DNA of 22,187 bases from Octopus sinensis (taxonomy: Eukaryota). Under the pieces are notes generated by a model, which saw only the letters and a list, made by a program, of their open reading frames with translations, was not told where the DNA came from and did no database searches. The translations under genes and the position numbers were made by a program. Numbering within the stretch: the stretch's first letter is position 1; each line of letters starts with the position of its first letter. Location of the stretch: the NCBI RefSeq assembly GCF_006345805.1, contig NW_021836992.1, positions 1 to 22,187 on the forward strand, given 5' to 3'. Of the stretch, positions 10,652 to 20,432 are shown in pieces.

Positions 10652-10897
10652 GCGATATATGTATGCGTACGTATGTCTGTACGTAACTTAATCTGCATAT
10701 ATATATTTTTTCATATATATATTTATATCTGTATATTCGCACACATACATACAGACGCGCATATTTATAATCCAGAAAATTTGTTTGTCTGTCAATGCTA
10801 AAAGTAGACGATGTATTTCATCACGAATTAAACCAGAGGTTTGTGTCTACCTAAGTGTATGTCTCCATTCACTCTGCCTACATCTGTATGTATATAT

Positions 10898-10962
<65 letters not shown>

Positions 10963-11105
10963 TAGTGGTTTTGTCTCGAATAATATTTTATATATATATA
11001 TATATATATATAAGCATATGTATATATGTATGCGTACGTATGTGTGCGTGTGTGTATGTGTTTGTATATGTTTATATTATGCGTGTTTGTGTGTGTGTGT
11101 GTGTG
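10427..11105. repeat. (TA)n, (TATG)n and (TG)n tracts around a short unique island (about 10760-10870)
   Basis: Direct reading. Confidence 0.85.
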
Positions 11106-11339
11106 GATGTGTGGATATGAGAATCAATATCTGGTTATAACCTTTCCTAACACCCAAGTGGCTTTCTCCAGTTTATTAGCAAAAATCAATAAGAGCCTGA
11201 TGTAACAATTTATCGATCTTGACCAGAAGCACATTCCAATAGAATAGACTGCGATTTTATCTATAATTCATGTGTCATTGATCTTTGTCTACACCTTCTA
11301 CTCTCCCCTCCACCCTCACCCCCTTCCCGGTGATCAGAC

Positions 11340-11402
11340 TTAGCTCCTGCTGCTGCTACTATTACTACTACTGCTGCTGCTGATGTACTACTGCTACTAC
11401 AG

Positions 11403-11441
<39 letters not shown>

Positions 11442-11496
11442 TTACCACTACTACTATTGATACTACCACCAGCACCAGCACCAGCTCCACCACCAT

Positions 11497-11530
<34 letters not shown>

Positions 11531-11558
11531 GCTACTACTGCTGCTACTATTACTACTA

Positions 11559-11590
<32 letters not shown>

Positions 11591-12460
11591 ACTACTACTA
11601 CTACTACTACTGCTGCTACTACTGCTGCTACTGCTGCTACTATTAACACTACTACTACTACTACTACCACTAACTACTACTACTTTTAGTATTACTATCA
11701 TAACTACAAATGTTGCTGCTGCTGTTACAACTACTACTGCTGCTGTTACCGCTGCTGTGACCGCTGCTGCCGTTGCTGCTGCTGCTGTTCCCACGTTCTG
11801 CAGTTTAAGATCAATGCCAAACCCCTCTTCATCACAACCATTGCAACAATCCTCAAGAGACTCACCACGGCCCAGATTATACCAATCCATTGGCAACAAG
11901 CAACTAACATCACCACAACCACAACCACCACCATCATCGCCGCCGCCATTCGTACCAACGTGACAAGAACCTCAAACCGCCGCACTACCTCCGCCTCCAC
12001 TGCCATCATTACTCCCAGCACCTTCTCCCACAACAGTAGCAACACAACCACCGCCGGCACCGAACAATAATACCAATACGACCACCGCCACAACCATCAC
12101 CAAACGCTAATACAATCGACCACCACAACCACTACAACAACATTGGCAAAAACCACTAACACTGTCATCACCACCACCACCACCGCCACCACCACCACCA
12201 CCATCACTACTTCCACGTCCACCTCCACTGACATTTCCAACAATATGACAATCACCACCACCACCACCACTACCTCCACTTCCACTGACATTTCCAACAA
12301 TATGACAATCACTACCACCACCACCACCGCTATCGCATTTAACTCCACCGCCGCCATCAATTACTAACACAACTATCAGCATTAATACCATCATCACCAC
12401 CGCCACTATCACCACCAATACTACTGCCACTCCAACCAAAGTGACCACCACCACCAACGG
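11340..12460. repeat. 1.1-kb compound, degenerate trinucleotide region (CTA/CTG/CCA/ACA)
   Basis: Period-3 C/A-rich low complexity. Pure (CTA)n/(CTG)n at about 11345-11790 decays into ACC/ACA-rich sequence. Confidence 0.9.
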
Positions 12461-12665
12461 TTGTACTGCTTTTGCATCACAGAAAGCGACGATCATAACG
12501 CTGTCAGCACTTCGCCCCAATCACCACGATGGAAGTTTTTCGCGCTCGGTCCACCTCCTAGAAATACGAACCGAATCCCTCTCTGATCCTATCATAAACT
12601 ACGCAAATCCCCCACCACCACCAAAAAGAGGGAGATGAAACAAAATAAATAATGTAGTTCAAGAT

Positions 12666-12922
12666 CAGTGGTTCTCAACTGGAGTCAATATGACCCTTGG
12701 CGGGTCCATATAAGATTTTGTTGTTAAACTTTACGTGCAAAAAAAGCGGGTTGTACTTTTGTAATATACAAAATATTTCAACAATTTTTTAAATATAATT
12801 CCTCACCAAAATGAATTATAAAAATATATTGGGATTTAAAAAAATTTCTAAGGCCGTGAGGGTCCATCCGAGTAAAATCGAAATCAGAGTCCTATAGGGA
12901 AAAAAGTGTTTGAAAACCACTA
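12666..12922. mobile_element. hAT (Charlie-like) MITE
   Basis: Imperfect 14-bp TIRs CAGTGGTTCTCAAC (12666-12679) / TTTGAAAACCACTA (12909-12922), 11/14 complementary, AT-rich non-coding interior. Left 8-bp flank ttcaagat is close to the Charlie NTCTAGAN preference. The right flank is degenerate. Confidence 0.65.
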
Positions 12923-12951
12923 ATTTAAATGAACTATGTTTGAAAAATAAA

Positions 12952-13248
12952 GACCGTGAGGTTGTGAGTTCAATTCTCTTACAGGGCTGTGTTGTGTTCT
13001 TAAGCAAGACACCTTATTTCACGTTGCTCCAGTTCACTCAACTGTAGAAATAAGTTGCGACGTCACAGGTGCCAAGCTGTATCGGCCCCTTTGCCTTTCC
13101 CTTGGATGACATCGGTGGCGTGGAGAGGGGTGGCTGGTATGCATGGGCAACTGCTGGTCTTCCATAAACAACCTTGCCCGGATTTGTGCCTGGAAGGATA
13201 ACTGTCTAGGCGCAATCCCATGGTCATTCGTGACCGAAGGGGGTCTCC
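12952..13248 (+). mobile_element. SINE family A, 5'-truncated (A-box missing)
   Basis: Aligns with about 300-558 and carries about 33 nt absent from that copy. Followed by (TTA)n 13250-13270. Confidence 0.9.
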
Positions 13249-13316
13249 GATTATTATTATTATTATTATTCCTTTCTCTTCATTTCAAATTTTTGTTGGA
13301 GCTCCTGAGATCTTGC

Positions 13317-13429
13317 ATGCGTAGCGGTCTCACTACCTGCAGCCCACGGTACCACACAATTCGTTCTTTTCAGCTACCTAATACTTTCCTGATTATTCTG
13401 GCTGTGCTATACGCCATATCATGTATTGA
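13317..13429 (+). other. weak candidate exon encoding a signal-peptide-like segment
   Basis: ATG 13317, MRSGLTTCSPRYHTIRSFQLPNTFLIILAVLYAISCI, donor GA|GTAATG at 13430. Alternative acceptor ttcgttcttttcAG at 13373. No family recognised. Confidence 0.2.
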
Positions 13430-13920
13430 GTAATGAAACCCTGTTTTCGAAGTTGATTAATTTGCATACGATGTGTTTAGCATTTGCTCTTTTGTGGATT
13501 GAAAAATACCATACATGCTCTGCGTAAAATTGTATTAATTAGCATCTGTTAAATTAAATTAGTTTTCTTCAATTAATTTTCATCCTGTAAATATTATACT
13601 ACGTACGTGGTAGGATATGGTATATTTTAAGAATTTTAAGTGGAATAATAGATGCGAAGCAAACCCTGCTTTAGAAATGTATTGACTTCAATCTGTTAAG
13701 TACATTCTTTACATTCCATAGTTCATTTAATAGTTTAAGTCTATATTGAGACTCTCCCTCCAAACCGGAAATCAACAAATCCCAGGTACTTCCGGTACCA
13801 AGTCTGCCAGATAATTGGTTCGGTACTGTGGTACCGTATTAATTAATGCCAATATAGGTGTAATAATGCCTTTATAGCGTCGTTAGTTACAGGTTTCCAG
13901 CAGGCCTATTGCTTGTTAGT

Positions 13921-14088
13921 GAAGTGCATAGTCTAGCGGTCTGTATATTGCACTCACGATCCCAGGATCACGGTTTCTATTCCTTACCGCGCGGTGCGTT
14001 GTGTCCTTGAGATAAACACTTCATATCACGTTGCGCCATTGCACTCAGCTGTACATGATTTCCCTTGCAACAGACTGGCGTCTCATTA
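13921..14088 (+). mobile_element. old CORE-like SINE related to family A
   Basis: Decayed tRNA head plus gttgtgtccttgagataaacacttcatatcacgttgcgccattgcactcagctgta, homologous to 341-398. The 3' part differs. Confidence 0.7.
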
Positions 14089-14333
14089 AAGAATAACTGT
14101 TGTGATTTCGGCCATTTATACGCCATGAAAATCAAGTAAACGGCCTTATGACTACCAGAACTCGAGACGTAAATTTTCACTGACAGTGGTGTCTGTAGAG
14201 ACTGTATCCTAGTATGGACAAATACCTAAAGAAAATTCGTTCAAAAAATCTATTTTCTCCCCATTTTTCCCGACGATTATCAAAGGCAAGCTCAATTAAA
14301 ACTAGACCGGAAGTAAGCCACTATAATAATAAC

Positions 14334-14708
14334 AATTCTTTCTAATTTTGGCGCAAGGCCAGCAATTTTAATGAGAAGAGGCTTAGTCGATTACATGAAT
14401 CCCAGCAATTTATTGGTATTCTGTTTTATCGATCCCAAAAGGATGAAAGGCAAAGTTGACATCTGCGCGATTTGAGCTCAGAACATAATAATTCCGAAGA
14501 AATAATGAAAATCATTTGTAATTTTGACACAACTGCAGCATGTCTCAGGAGAAGAGGTCTGTTGATAATGTTGACCCCAGTACATGACTGCTACTTTAAT
14601 CTATTGACACAACGAAAGGATCAAAGGTACAGTTGACGTCTGGGGTATTTGAGTCCAGAACGAAAGAAGCTGGAAGTAACACTGCAAGGCACTATTTTTT
14701 CCGTCAAC
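14334..14708 (-). mobile_element. two decayed SINE family C copies in tandem (about 14334-14540 and 14548-14708)
   Basis: ttatcgatcccaaaaggatgaaaggcaaagttgac and gaccccagtac...gaaaggatcaaaggtacagttgac both match the C body. Confidence 0.7.
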
Positions 14709-15140
14709 GGCGGCGAGCTGGCAGAAACGTTAGCACGCCGGGCGAAATGCTTAGCGGTAATTTCGTCTGTCTTTGTGTTCTGAGCTCAAATTCCGCCGAG
14801 GTCGATTTTGCCTTTCATCCTTTCGGGGTCGATAAATTAAGTACCAGTTACGCACTGGGTCGATGTACTCGACTTAATCCCTTTGTCTGTCCTTGTTTGT
14901 CCCCTCTATGTTTAGCTTCTCGTGGGCAATAAAGAAATAAGAAACGTTAGCACACCGGGCGAAATGCTTAGCGGTATTTCGTCTGTCTTTATGTTCTGAG
15001 TTCAAATTCCGCTGCGGTCAACTTTGCCTTTCATCCTTTCGAGGTTGATAAATGAAGTACCAGTTGCATACTGGTGTCGATCTAATCGATTAGCTCCCTC
15101 ACCCAAAATTTCGGGCATTTTGCCTAGAGTAGAAAAGAAT
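14709..15140 (+). mobile_element. head-to-tail SINE family C dimer (unit 1 tail type 1, unit 2 tail type 2)
   Basis: Unit 1 14709-14940 is full length. Unit 2 starts at gaaacgttagcac (14941), lacks the first 15 nt, and ends gcctagagtagaaaagaat. Confidence 0.92.
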
Positions 15141-15155
15141 ATATGTAATAGTTAA

Positions 15156-15312
15156 GGCGGCGACCTGGCAGAATTTTCGGCACGCCGCGAAACCTGTATA
15201 GCGGCATTTCGTCCGTTTTTTCGTTCATAGTTCATATTCCGCCGAAGTCGACATTGCCTTTCTTCCCTTTCGGTTCGATAAAATAAGTAACAGTGGAACA
15301 CTGAGGTTCAAT
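15156..15312 (+). mobile_element. SINE family C, 3'-truncated
   Basis: ggcggcgacctggcag...gttcatattccgccgaagtcgacattgcctttc. Confidence 0.85.
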
Positions 15313-15321
15313 TACAACACA

Positions 15322-15535
15322 CTGGTTTCAAATTTTGGCACTACATCAGCAATTTCGGAGGTAGGAGTAAGTCGATTACATCGATCCCTGGGTTCCACTG
15401 GAATTCATTTTATCGAGTCCGAGAGGATGAAAGGCAAAGTCGATCCCGGCAGATTTTGAACTCAGAATGTAAAGACGGATAATGCCGCTGAGAATTTTGT
15501 TCGGCATGAAAACAATTCAGCCAACTCGCCGTCTT
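15322..15535 (-). mobile_element. SINE family C, tail type 3
   Basis: ggatgaaaggcaaagtcgatcccggcagattttgaactcagaatgtaaagacgg...ccaactcgccgtctt. Confidence 0.85.
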
Positions 15536-15548
15536 ATTGGAGAAAATA

Positions 15549-15643
15549 AGGATGAAAGACCAAGTCTACATCGGTGAAGTTTGAACTCAGAACATCTACG
15601 CATTTTTTCTGGTGTGCTAACGATTCTTCCAACTCATTGCCTT
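15549..15643 (-). mobile_element. SINE family C, 5' fragment with internal deletion
   Basis: ggatgaaagaccaagtc...tttgaactcagaac...ggtgtgctaacgattcttccaactc. Confidence 0.7.
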
Positions 15644-15648
15644 AATGA

Positions 15649-15650
<2 letters not shown>

Positions 15651-15690
<40 letters not shown>

Positions 15691-15705
15691 CACTACTACT
15701 ACTAC

Positions 15706-15743
<38 letters not shown>
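15651..15743. repeat. (CTA)n immediately followed by (TAG)n
   Basis: Strand switch at ACTAGT 15704-15709. Confidence 0.95.
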
Positions 15744-15753
15744 AGGATAATAA

Positions 15754-15968
15754 TGGTTTCAAATTTTGCTACAAGGGCAACCATTTTAAAGAAGATGATA
15801 AGTCGATTACATCGACCCGAATGCGTAACTGGTACTTATTTATTCGACCCCGAAAGGATGAAAGGCAAAGTTGACCTCGGCAGAATTTGAACTCAGAGCG
15901 TAGCTACGGATGAAATACCACTAGGCATTTCGTCCAGTGTGCTAAAGTTTCTGCCAGCTCGCCGCCTT
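15754..15968 (-). mobile_element. SINE family C, full length, tail type 3
   Basis: High-identity reverse complement of the 14709 copy body. Tail tggtttcaaattttgctacaagggc. Confidence 0.9.
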
Positions 15969-16004
15969 GATAATAATGACAATAACAATAAAAATAAGAA
16001 AAAC

Positions 16005-16072
<68 letters not shown>

Positions 16073-16206
16073 TGATGATGATGATGATGATGTTTCTAGA
16101 ACAGTCTTCGTTGCAAGGTAATCTGTGTTTACATAACACATCAATCAAACTAACGACAGTAATATTTCTGTGAACCATTCACGTTTTGTATTCATTATTA
16201 TTATTA

Positions 16207-16256
<50 letters not shown>
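15969..16256. repeat. (AAT)n(GAT)n to about 16090 and (ATT)n at about 16190-16256
   Basis: Direct reading. Confidence 0.9.
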
Positions 16257-16830
16257 GCTATGTGGTATAATTCTAGTTTGCTCTTATTATACGCTATAAA
16301 ATAGACTCGTGCTTCTATACCTGTGATTACAGGATTATCAATAAGGGGAAAGAGAACGTAGAAGAGGAAGGCCGTTATGGGGATAATACAGTCCTTCATA
16401 GATTATATGTGAATAAAAGACGCCATGATTACGATTGTAAAACTTTTGATAATAGGTGTGTTTGATCAGAGGCCGACCTAGGGTTAAACAAAAGCAACAC
16501 CAGCAACAATTACATCAGCCATAGCAATTATTTGACTGATATATATTCCAAACAAACAGGGATAATTTGGTGTCCCGCCCACTCTATTTATTCCGTTGGA
16601 TTTCGGAAGGACTAACGGAGATAATGTGTTAATGAAAGAAAATGAAAAGCGTGATGTTTCTCAACTAATTATTACACTCCACGGCATAAAGTCACATCTC
16701 TGAGGAGGGAATGAATAAAAGAGTCTTAATATTACATAACTGTGTTGTGTCGCGATTTTAAAGAATTTTGCACTATTTAAGGTTTATAGCCAATAATCTT
16801 TCAATGATATACAGTTACCATGTAACTATA

Positions 16831-17048
16831 GGCGCAGGAGTGGCTGTGTGGTAAGTAGCTTATTTACCAACCACATGGTTCCTCCGGTTCAGTCCCTACT
16901 CGGTGGCAAGCCTTGGGCAAGTGTCTTATTCTACTATATAGCATCGGGCCGACCAAAGCCTTGTGATGTGGATTGGTAGGCGAGACCGAACTGAACGCCC
17001 GTCGTATATATATATCTATGCGTTCTTGTGTTATTGTGTCTGTGTTTC
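16831..17048 (+). mobile_element. SINE family B, 5' half, indel-rich
   Basis: ggcgcaggagtggctgtgtggtaagtagc... aligns with 789-990. Confidence 0.88.
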
Positions 17049-17184
17049 GGGAAACAATTTCTTTTGGAACTGGTTTCGTTTTTCTTATAAACATTAACTT
17101 GCCTCAATATTTATGATACACAAAAATTATTAAACAAAAACAACTTGCTTTCTTAATTTTGCTTTAGCGGATCAAATGCCGCAA

Positions 17185-17810
17185 TGCATTTTGTTGGACA
17201 AAAGCATTGTAGCCTTTTTTTTTTATCTCTAGCTCTTTATATTCTGTGTTCAAATCCTGCTATTGTCAATTTAGATCTCCATTCTTGCGGTCGATAAATT
17301 AAAGATGTCAGCCAAGAACTAGTTAGTTAGTTAGTTAATTTTTTGGCTCAAAAAGCAAAAAGCAAGGCCATGTAGGGGGATATGGAGTTATGTACAGGGT
17401 GATGTTCATGTAAAGAGTTCAGGCCACTTGTGGTCAAGGGAGACTTTGAACCGAGCGGTCGTCGGCATCTTCACTATCTCGTCCGGCAGCTTATTCCACG
17501 GATCTGCAACCCGGACGGAGAAAGCCCCTCTCCTTCGATTGAGATGAAATCGTCGCAGATAGAGCTTTTCGGAGTGACCCCGAAGCCGACGCTCTGGAGC
17601 AGGAGTGAAGAACAGCTCTTTCGAGAGGTTACACTTTCCGCTTATGATGTTGTGAGCAAGAATGAGATCACCACGGCGTCGTCGTTTTTCTAGAGAATAA
17701 AGGTCTGGCGTCTTCAGCTTTTCTTCATAAGACAAATGCTTGAGACCAAGAACCATGCGGGTAGCCAGCTTCTGGACTCTTTCGAGAACTAGAAGAGATA
17801 TAATCGATTT
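17185..17810 (+). mobile_element. old SINE family C copy split by the LINE insertion
   Basis: Left part ctttatattctgtgttcaaatcc...gcggtcgataaattaaag (about 17233-17305). The continuation gatataatcgatt lies just right of the LINE (about 17797-17809). Confidence 0.55.
17323..17784 (-). mobile_element. CR1/L2-type LINE, 5'-truncated (ORF2 C-terminus, short UTR, (TAAC)n tail), 8-bp TSD
   Basis: Uninterrupted frame LERVQKLATRMVLGLKHLSYEEKL...LYSLEKRRRRGDLI...LRGHSEKL...FSVRVADPWNKLP...FKVSLD (17786-17406), with typical CR1-group post-RT motifs. Tail at about 17323-17338. AGAACTAG at 17315-17322 and 17785-17792. Confidence 0.9.
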
Positions 17811-17848
17811 TTTTTTATATATGCATATTTGAAACCTTACAGTTATAT

Positions 17849-18029
17849 AATCTTTTCTACTCTAGGCCCAAGGCCTGAAATTTTTGGAGGGAGCCAGTCG
17901 ACTAGATCAATCCCCGGTACACAACTGATACTTAATTTATCGACCCCGAAAGGCAAAGTCGATCTCGGTGGAATTTGAACTCAGAACGTAAAGACAGACG
18001 TGCTAACGTTTCTGCCAGCTCGCCGCCTT
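17849..18029 (-). mobile_element. SINE family C, tail type 2, two internal deletions
   Basis: cccgaaaggcaaag (one gaaagg repeat collapsed) and gacagacgtgctaac (about 27 nt lost) relative to the other copies. Confidence 0.9.
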
Positions 18030-18297
18030 ATTACAGGTGTATAATAAAACAACTTTTACTTTTATTATCTCATTTCTAAAAAAAAAAGAAAAGACCAATG
18101 TCATCTAATCTTCAATAATCTCTCTAATTCAAACCTAAGTAATCCAGCAATCAAACCGGATTAAAGCAGCGTCACCTAAACAGTGTCATTTCAGATACTT
18201 GTGTGCAGCGTGGCTGGATTAATGATTGCAGTGCAAAATGCAAAATGGAAGTGGTATTTCGGAGAGTAATTTTAAAGCCTTCACGTTTCTTCTCAAA

Positions 18298-18658
18298 TTT
18301 TACGTTCTGGTTTCAATTCCCAGCGATATCAACTTTGCTTTCGTCCACCAGGGTCGATAAAATAAAGAACCAGTGAAATACTATACATTCCAATTATAAT
18401 TGCTGGCTTTGTGTCTTGATTAGAAAGTATTATTAAGATTGCACAATGGCAGCCAGTTAGCAGAATCTTTAACAAGTTGGAGGAAAATTCTTTGCGGCTT
18501 TGGAACAGCACTTTACACACAGAGCTCAAATCTATTGAAGGTCAGCCTTGCATTTCATAACCCCGGGGTCGATAAAATTTGAATATAGTACCAGTGAAGT
18601 ATTGGGAATGATTGCAATAACTAGACCCTTACCCTCAAATTTTCTGGTCGTGTACTTC
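18298..18658 (+). mobile_element. two old SINE family C-related copies (about 18298-18382 and 18448-18658)
   Basis: Both contain gggtcgataaaat...accagtgaa preceded by B-box-like remnants. Confidence 0.6.
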
Positions 18659-19282
18659 ATTCAAAAAACAATTATTAGTTAGGATCCACCGAATCTCGTC
18701 TGGAATATTTTTGAGTTGTTGGTTTACTACATCTTTAACTTCTCAAAGTCTTCGCGCCGAAATATGGAATATCAAGCTTCATCTAATGTTCCACAGGAGC
18801 AGTAGAAGAATGCAAACAATTCTGACAGTTTCAAAATAATCTTTGTATATTTATTCATTGACTGAATTTAAAAAAAAAAACTATTTCTCCTACATTTAAT
18901 TTTTTTGATGATTTTCCCGTGCTTCCGGAAGATTAACCGACATACTCATCTCTTGTTAACTTAAGTATTTTCCTAAGTAGTTTTAAATTATTTATTAAGC
19001 TCGTCTACATCAGGATTAACTTAACGCTTACATCCAGCTATAACATAAATCATTTTGGAACATTTTATTTTGCTTTACTTATTCCATTCCTTATAAGTTG
19101 TCTGAATAAAATCTTAATGCATTTCACACTAATTTCTCGTTTAAAATAACTAATCATATACATTAAATTTCCTGTTCTTCGTAAACAAATATACTTCAAA
19201 GTTATAAACGAGAAACTTTTACTAATAATCACGTTTTCAGGTTTTAGTGTTTATAATGAGTTACCCAAATGTTATATACGAT

Positions 19283-19284
<2 letters not shown>

Positions 19285-19327
<43 letters not shown>

Positions 19328-19679
19328 GACAAATACATATAAATATACACATACATACATATATTTATATATGTATACATAGGTTACATATATATATATA
19401 AATACACATATATATATGTGTGTATATATATATACGTTACATATATATACATATATATGTGCATATATATACATATATATATATATACATATGTGTATAC
19501 ATACATACATAAATGCACACACATGGATACACATGTAAAATATAATAATAATATGTGTATATATATATACATATATGTATACACACCTATGTATACATAT
19601 ATATATACATATATATATATACACAAACACATACACACATGTATACATACATATATATATATATATAATATATATATAT

Positions 19680-19715
<36 letters not shown>

Positions 19716-20332
19716 CATATATACACACACACAAACATACAAACACACACACACACATATAGATATACTGATGAACAGTCCGGTTTCAACAAACGTGAGA
19801 CATGTGGGGAGTCGTTTATGTAATTGAGAGAAAGAATTCTAAGTAATGATACTAACATGTCTAAAATCCAAGACATTAATTTGGTTATCGAGTGTGAATG
19901 CGGCTTCATGTTACGTCTGCGCATTACGCTCCTATATTTTGCTGGGCATATAAAATGTCCTGCGCATATGTTTTGCTGTTTCATACGTAACACTAACTTT
20001 GAAGAAATAATTATATTAAAGTTTGCATCGCTCTCAGCAATACAGAAATATACATGGCAACATGCGTACAAACAGGTATACATACATAAATACATGCACA
20101 CATACACACATACATACATACATACATACATACATACATACATACATACATACATGCATACACACATACATTCATACGTTCATATATAAATACATGCACT
20201 CATACGTAGTTAAATACATTCATACATATATACAAATATACTAGCATACATACATACATACATACATACATACTTACATACATACATACATACATACATA
20301 AATGCATACACATGGATACACATGTAAAATAC

Positions 20333-20374
<42 letters not shown>

Positions 20375-20394
20375 AATAATAATGACATATATGC

Positions 20395-20432
<38 letters not shown>

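Noticed and set aside
13760-13850. Small GTAC hairpins (13785-13799, 13821-13836) and CCGGAA motifs
   Set aside because: Stems of 5-6 bp are expected by chance, and no element boundaries were found.
18139-18222. Three TAATCC/GGATTA (K50 homeodomain) sites, plus two at 731-742
   Set aside because: The hexamer is common in AT-rich DNA and occurs throughout the window, with no independent support.
4771-18658. Recurrent gaccccgaaaggatgaaaggc motif as a CRISPR-like or regulatory array
   Set aside because: Irregular spacing and both orientations. It is the body of dispersed SINE-C copies.
19765-19810. CTGATGA as a hammerhead ribozyme core (Penelope-like)
   Set aside because: No convincing stem II and the GAAA core is missing (caaac). 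The similar ttgaaga...aaaac at about 21177 is also inadequate.
19760-20060. Unique island open in frames on both strands, with a DEQSGF RT-like word
   Set aside because: No recognisable domain, a stop follows the RT-like word shortly, and splice signals are unconvincing.
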